Positions 59,301 to 64,000 of a stretch of 64,000 nucleotides of DNA are shown here, piece by piece (the stretch's first letter is position 1; every line of letters begins with the position of its first letter). The translations under genes were made by a program, and so were the position numbers. The notes under the pieces are model-generated. The model was given only the letters and a program-made list of their open reading frames with translations, was not told where the DNA came from and did not search any database. Source of the stretch: Muricomes sp. (GTDB taxonomy: Bacteria; Bacillota; Clostridia; Lachnospirales; Lachnospiraceae); assembly GCA_049840515.1 (NCBI GenBank), contig JASGKW010000019.1, positions 49,589 to 113,588 on the forward strand, given 5' to 3'.

Positions 59301-62300
59301 AAAAGGAAAAAAAGAAACTCTGCAATGTCCTCCGGCGGTATCCATGTGGAACCAAGCCTCACACTGATTTCTGAGGCGGACAATTCTTTTGGCTGTACTT
59401 TTTCTAAAGCGTCCACATTGGTCTGATAGACAGCAGACTTCTTTGCTGCTAGCCTTGCCTGCTCCAGCTTTTTCCGGACATTTCCCGACAAGTATTCATC
59501 TTCTGATACAAACTGTGGCTCCGCTCCCTCGTTTCCCGGTGTACGGAAAATCACACCCGTTAAATCCTGTTCAATTTCTTCCTCACTTTTCCCTGTTAAA
59601 AGACACATATATTCCATATCCACACAGGCTTTTTCTGCCAATGACAAAGACAATGCTTCGCTAGACGTATCCACTTTTGTTACAGCAGCATGGGATTTGA
59701 TGGTCCGTTTGGTAAACATATCTGCTTTACGTTCCAAAGTTCCATCCGCTGCCAGCACCTCTAAGGAGCACAGCAAAGGATAACTATTATCATCAGAAAA
59801 AGCCAGAGCATTTGCCCTGGCATTCAAGAGTCCATATTTTTTCTGGAAAGTATCATACAGAGTATTTAGTTTCTTTTGCTGGTCCCCAATCACGGATTCT
59901 GAATACTCATCGGTCTGATATCGGATCAGCTCTCTTGTGCAATCCCTGATGGCAATCATACCTTTCACACGGTTTGCGGCTGTTATGGAAAGGTCGACTG
60001 GTTTCATTCGGCTGTTTTCCCGGTAATATATCTTTCCCTCAAAAACAGCATAGGAAAAGTTTGCAACGGAGGGGTCTGCAGGAATAGATTTGTCTTCCTC
60101 CTCTACCAGTTCTTCTACTTCATATTCTGTAAACTCTGCCTGTATCTTTTTAACTGCCTCTTCCAAAAGGCTGCCAAGTTCTCTGTCCTTATAGGGACGG
60201 CAGGTACTATCCATGCCATACTGGGTAGACTCCATCACCATTTCTCCCAACACCATCTCCGGGTGCTGCACAAAATAGCTGTTCTGCAAAATACCATTTT
60301 GATCCGTATTCAAATATATCCAGTCTGGCTCCACTTCCACCATACGGTCACGCTTTTGAAAAAACAGAATATCTGCCGTAACCTCTGTACCTGCATTTTG
60401 TTTAAACGTATCATTAGGCAGGCGGATGGCTCCCAAAAGTTCCGCCCTCTGCGCAATATATTTTCGGACAGAAGGATTTTTCTTATCCATTGTTCCTGAT
60501 GATGTGATAAATGCCATCACACCTCCCGGTCTGATTTTGTCTAAGGTCTTTCCAAAGAAATAATCATGGATCAGGAAATTCTGCCTGTCATACCGCTTAT
60601 CTGACACTTTAAACTGTCCAAATGGAACATTGCCCACTGCCACATCAAAAAAGCTATCCGGCAGGTCCACTTCTTCATACCCCTGCACTGCAACAGTAGA
60701 TTGCTGATACAGCTGTCCCGCTATTTTCCCTGAAATGGTGTCCAGTTCCACACCATAAATTTTACAATCCGAAAGGCTATCCGGCTTCATTCCAATAAAA
60801 TTGCCAATGCCACAGGAGGGCTCCAGTATATTACCTTCCTTTAATCCCATGTTCTCCAATGCCTGGTACATTGAACGGATGACAGCAGGGGGTGTATAAA
60901 ATGCAGTCAGCGTGGATTGCCTTGCAGCCGCATACTCTTCTTCTGTCAGTATATTTTTCAGTTCCAGATACTCACTGCTCCATGTGGATTTGGTTTCATC
61001 AAATACATCCGGCAAACCTCCCCATCCCACATAACCGGATAAGATTTCCTGCTCCTTTGGTGATGCATACCTGTCTTCTGTCTCACATTGTTTCAGTATG
61101 CGGATTGCTGCCATATTTGCCTGAAATTTTTCCTTCGCAGTTCCCCTGCCAAGTGCATCATCATAAATTTTATATTGACTCCTTTGGGATTGGGGTATTT
61201 CCGGGTGCAAATCAAAAGATTGTATTTTCCCTGCGAGATTCCCTTTCTCCCATGCAGGAGATAAGCTCTTCTCTTCTTGCCCATACTGATTCTCTCCAAC
61301 AGACTGCTCTGTCTTTTCTGACAAAGGCACTTTTGTCTCTGGTATTCTTGTTTCTGGTAACTCTGATTCTGATGAATGGTCTGTATCTTCTGGATTGTTG
61401 TTTTCGGCTGGTAATTCAGAAACTGGCTGGTTAAGTTTCAGGGAATCGTTGGCAGGATTTTCTCTTAGCTTACGGTCAAATTCTTCATGGGGCATTTCTC
61501 TTGTAAACAGTGGATAGGCCAGATCGTGTAATATAACACTATCCTCCAAAATAGACTGGATTTCATATTCCTCTGCACCAATATACACCACAGTTCCAAT
61601 CTGTATATCATAAGGCAGATTCATGGAGGGAAGATCGTTTACTGCTGTAACCAGTGTTTGAAGTTCCGTGTATAGGTCATCTTCAGGCTCCATTTCTTCT
61701 GCAATTTCAGTTAAAGATAACAGGATTTGTTTGACGCTCTCCGGCTGTTGTAATTGTTCCGCCAATTGCGAAATTACTTCTTCCTGGGTCTGGTCAACTT
61801 CCATGTTATCCTGATAACCAGACAGGTCATATTCCCGGTAAAAGTCATTGAGCCTTACTGCAAGGCTGTCCTCCCTGCTCACTTCTTGCTGCGGCTCTGT
61901 CAAGGTGGAAACTTCCTTTTCACCAGATATGAGGGTGAACAGACTATAGACACCATCCCGATAATCCATAAGGTCTTTGTATGCCTTCTGCATGGACACA
62001 TAATTCCGGTCAAAGTCTGCTGTATGATTCAGCACTTCTTCCATAGACTGAATGTTTTCAGCTATCCGCACCGAATCATCAAGCTGAGAACGTATGGCAT
62101 CCACACCTGAATGATAATCAGTTCCCAGTTCATAAGGACGTAAGACTTCTCCTGGCTGATTATAATAAAAATGATAAATTTCTGCCGCCAGCTCTCTCCT
62201 TTTCATATTCCGGCAGATACTCCATTTCTCTCTTTGAAAGATAACGATTTGCAGCAATGAGTTCATCAATCCGCTTTACTACCTGATTCCACCTCAATAA

Positions 62301-63995
62301 AACAAAGGGTGCATTTTCTTTGTATCCTCTGTGCAGTTTTAATCCTTTGCCATCATGCATCTCTCCAATCCCTGAACCACTTAGAATAGAGGAACACCCA
62401 CCGATACCATACTCCTTCTTTAAAAACCGCTCCTTTTCCTTCTGACTATGCCCCTGCATAAAATAGGAATAGATGCGGAGTTTTCCCTGACTTACACCGC
62501 TCCCCCTTGTCAGCGCATAGTCCACCACCTCCTGCGAAAAAGAAAAAGCAGAGGGTTTCTCCTCTGCTAACTCTTCCAGAAAGGCCATCTGTCCTCCTAC
62601 TGTGGGAAGTGGTTTCCTTTTCTCTTGTAATTCTCCTAAAAGACGCATTGCCTCAAAATAATTTGCAATGACACCCCAATCATAATAGGACTGCGATATA
62701 CGGGATATATAACTTCCCTCCCACATATGAAGTACATTCTGAAATGTTTTATATCCTACTTGCTTACCATCCTCCAGCGTGAGTTCTGTATATTCCGGAT
62801 TAAAAATACTTTTGATATATTCTGTCCGCTCTCCCTCATCCTCATGGCTTTCATAAAATACCCGAATTTCCTCTTTTGTGGCTTTTAAATGTGGGGTAGA
62901 CAAAAGCAGTGATTTAATATCTTCTTCTCTTCCAAAAAATGGGAGGCTGTGGTCTTCATTGCCCCTGTCATACCATGCCAGCGGCTCAGTATGGACTTCT
63001 TCCATAGTTTCCTCACTCTCTTCATTGGGTTCGGATTCTTGGGATATTAGCTGTAAATCAGTTCCCTCATCACTGTTTCCTCCGCTGAACTCCGGATATT
63101 GTTCATGATTCCCACCCACAACATCTGATTTTCTGCTTTCAACTGCTCCGTTACTTTCTGTTCTTCCATCATTTGTATTGTGAGCTGTTCCATCAGGTTC
63201 ACTGCCTCTGTCTGCATTTCTATCAAATGCTGGTTCAGCCTGCCTTGTGTCAACAGATTGAGGAACATTCCGTACCGATGCTCCTTCAGATAATTTCGGC
63301 GTAATGAGGCGTACTTCCCAAGATGTACTTCCGGTTCTTTTGGAACGGTTACGTCCGGTAACTGATAATCCCCCTGCCTGCTGTATGTGATGTTCTTCAT
63401 CTTCCAGTCTCCTTTCCCTGTCCTGTTCTGTTTTTTTAATTTGATTATAGCCTTGTATATCCTCCTGCTCAAATGTGCGTTTTTTACTTTTTTCTCCCGA
63501 CCTTAGCTGCCTGATTGTATCCGCAATTTCGGATAGTGCCATTTCTGACACCTCACTGGTCATGGTTCCAAACAGGTTCACAAGCTCTGTAGTGTTCAAA
63601 TCCATGATTCCTTTGAAATCATCTGCCTCAAGACATTGCTCTGGCGGTATGCCACATCGTATCAGCATCATATAGGCAATGCTGTTGGCAAGCAGGCTCT
63701 TTATTTCCACTTGCACACTGTATTCATCCAAGCCCACTAAAAAGCTGTTCTCTCTGCTTGATAACAGGTCTCCCATATAATCTGAAATATTATCCTCAGC
63801 GGCATTTTTTGCTGCCTCCAATATGGTCTGTACAAAATTTGTGGTTTTCTCTCCCACACCAAATGCATTGTGGACCGTCTCCTGTACTGCCTGTCTGTCT
63901 TTCTCCCTGACTTCCCACAACGGCACAGGGCGTACCAGACGGTGATAACGTCCTTCTTTTATATCTGAAATATCAAAGTAGTATTTCAAACGCAT
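56360..63995 (-). pseudogene. Giant polyvalent protein: N-terminal domains + N6-adenine DNA methyltransferase + SNF2/DEAD-like helicase; 1-nt frameshift near 62200
   Basis: ORFs 62160-63995 and 56360-62269 join at ...EMEYLPEYE / RRELAAEIYHFYYNQPGE, in a T4/A4 run. Methylase motifs are ILEPSCGIGNFIG and GNVPFG. Helicase motifs are VGAGKTYTM, LFVDEADLYKN and QRAGRSIRRGN. The start may lie beyond the window. Confidence 0.8.
63047..63400 (-). CDS. tnpV: TnpV-like protein, nested out of frame inside the giant gene
   Basis: The sequence is MKNITYSRQGDYQLPDVTVPKEPEVHLGKYASLRRNYLKEHRYGMFLNLLTQGRLNQHLIEMQ...LKAENQMLWVGIMNNIRSSAEETVMRELIYS*. The SD AAGGAGA lies 7 nt before the ATG at 63400. The sequence resembles TnpV-family proteins as I recall them. 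Confidence 0.55.
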   Translation of the reverse strand: MKNITYSRQGDYQLPDVTVPKEPEVHLGKYASLRRNYLKEHRYGMFLNLLTQGRLNQHLIEMQTEAVNLMEQLTIQMMEEQKVTEQLKAENQMLWVGIMNNIRSSAEETVMRELIYS

Positions 63996-64000
63996 GGTAT

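Larger units (their letters stand above)
24661..64000. mobile_element. Integrative conjugative element (or tandem IME + ICE); left end near 24.6-24.7 kb, right end beyond the window
   Basis: A large serine recombinase sits at the left edge. It is followed by cargo and then a complete Gram-positive T4SS/relaxase module: CHAP hydrolase, sortase, VirB4, PrgI/TcpE, VirB6-like, Maff2, T4CP, relaxase, MobC, Toprim and a polyvalent methylase-helicase. Confidence 0.8.

Noticed and set aside
1666-62269. Programmed ribosomal frameshifting or phase variation as an explanation for the split genes.
   Set aside because: There are no slippery heptamers or downstream structures at the junctions. The sites lie in unrelated housekeeping and ICE genes, and only some fall in homopolymers. 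Sequence error is more parsimonious.
1-64000. CRISPR arrays, tRNA or rRNA genes, IS elements with terminal inverted repeats, and tandem repeats.
   Set aside because: Reading through the window, I saw no regularly spaced direct repeats, no tRNA-like T-arm or acceptor patterns, no rRNA-like segments and no transposase ORFs. A tRNAscan, Infernal or CRISPR-finder run would be needed to exclude them formally.

Overview
This window looks like a Clostridia-type (Lachnospiraceae-like) chromosome segment joined to a large integrated mobile element. The taxon is inferred only from gene content and strong GGAGG Shine-Dalgarno usage.

Positions 1-24.6 kb are housekeeping genes, mostly on the minus strand:
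- a pyrG-gltB-gltD nitrogen operon and a type III glutamine synthetase
- a copA-copZ-csoR copper operon with a visible CsoR-type operator
- a PAT-like GNAT
- an uncharacterised glycyl-radical enzyme (GRE) + activase + Zn-alcohol dehydrogenase (ADH) operon
- a small redox cluster (His-tailed NifX-like protein, flavodoxin, TrxB-like reductase)
- a second Zn-ADH and adenine deaminase

From about 24.66 kb to the window end lies an integrative/conjugative element. It has two blocks.
- An AT-richer cargo block (judged by eye) carries a large serine recombinase, a MazF toxin fused to a Zn-ribbon, a sigma-70-like factor, an agr-type quorum-sensing module and a peptide production module. The quorum-sensing module includes an unannotated AgrD-like ORF. 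The peptide module comprises an unannotated double-glycine-leader peptide, a C39 ABC exporter, a CPYC thioredoxin-like protein and an ABC/FtsX transporter.
- A Gram-positive type IV secretion and transfer module follows. It carries a CHAP/lysozyme hydrolase, sortase B, VirB4, PrgI/TcpE, VirB6-like and Maff2 proteins, the coupling protein, relaxase, MobC and a Toprim protein. It ends in a giant methylase-helicase polyvalent protein with a TnpV-like ORF nested out of frame inside it.

At least nine 1-nt frame disruptions, plus one in-frame TGA, hit otherwise intact genes, including essential ones. Assembly indel errors are therefore likely. I saw no rRNA, tRNA or CRISPR array. All family assignments come from remembered motifs, not database searches.
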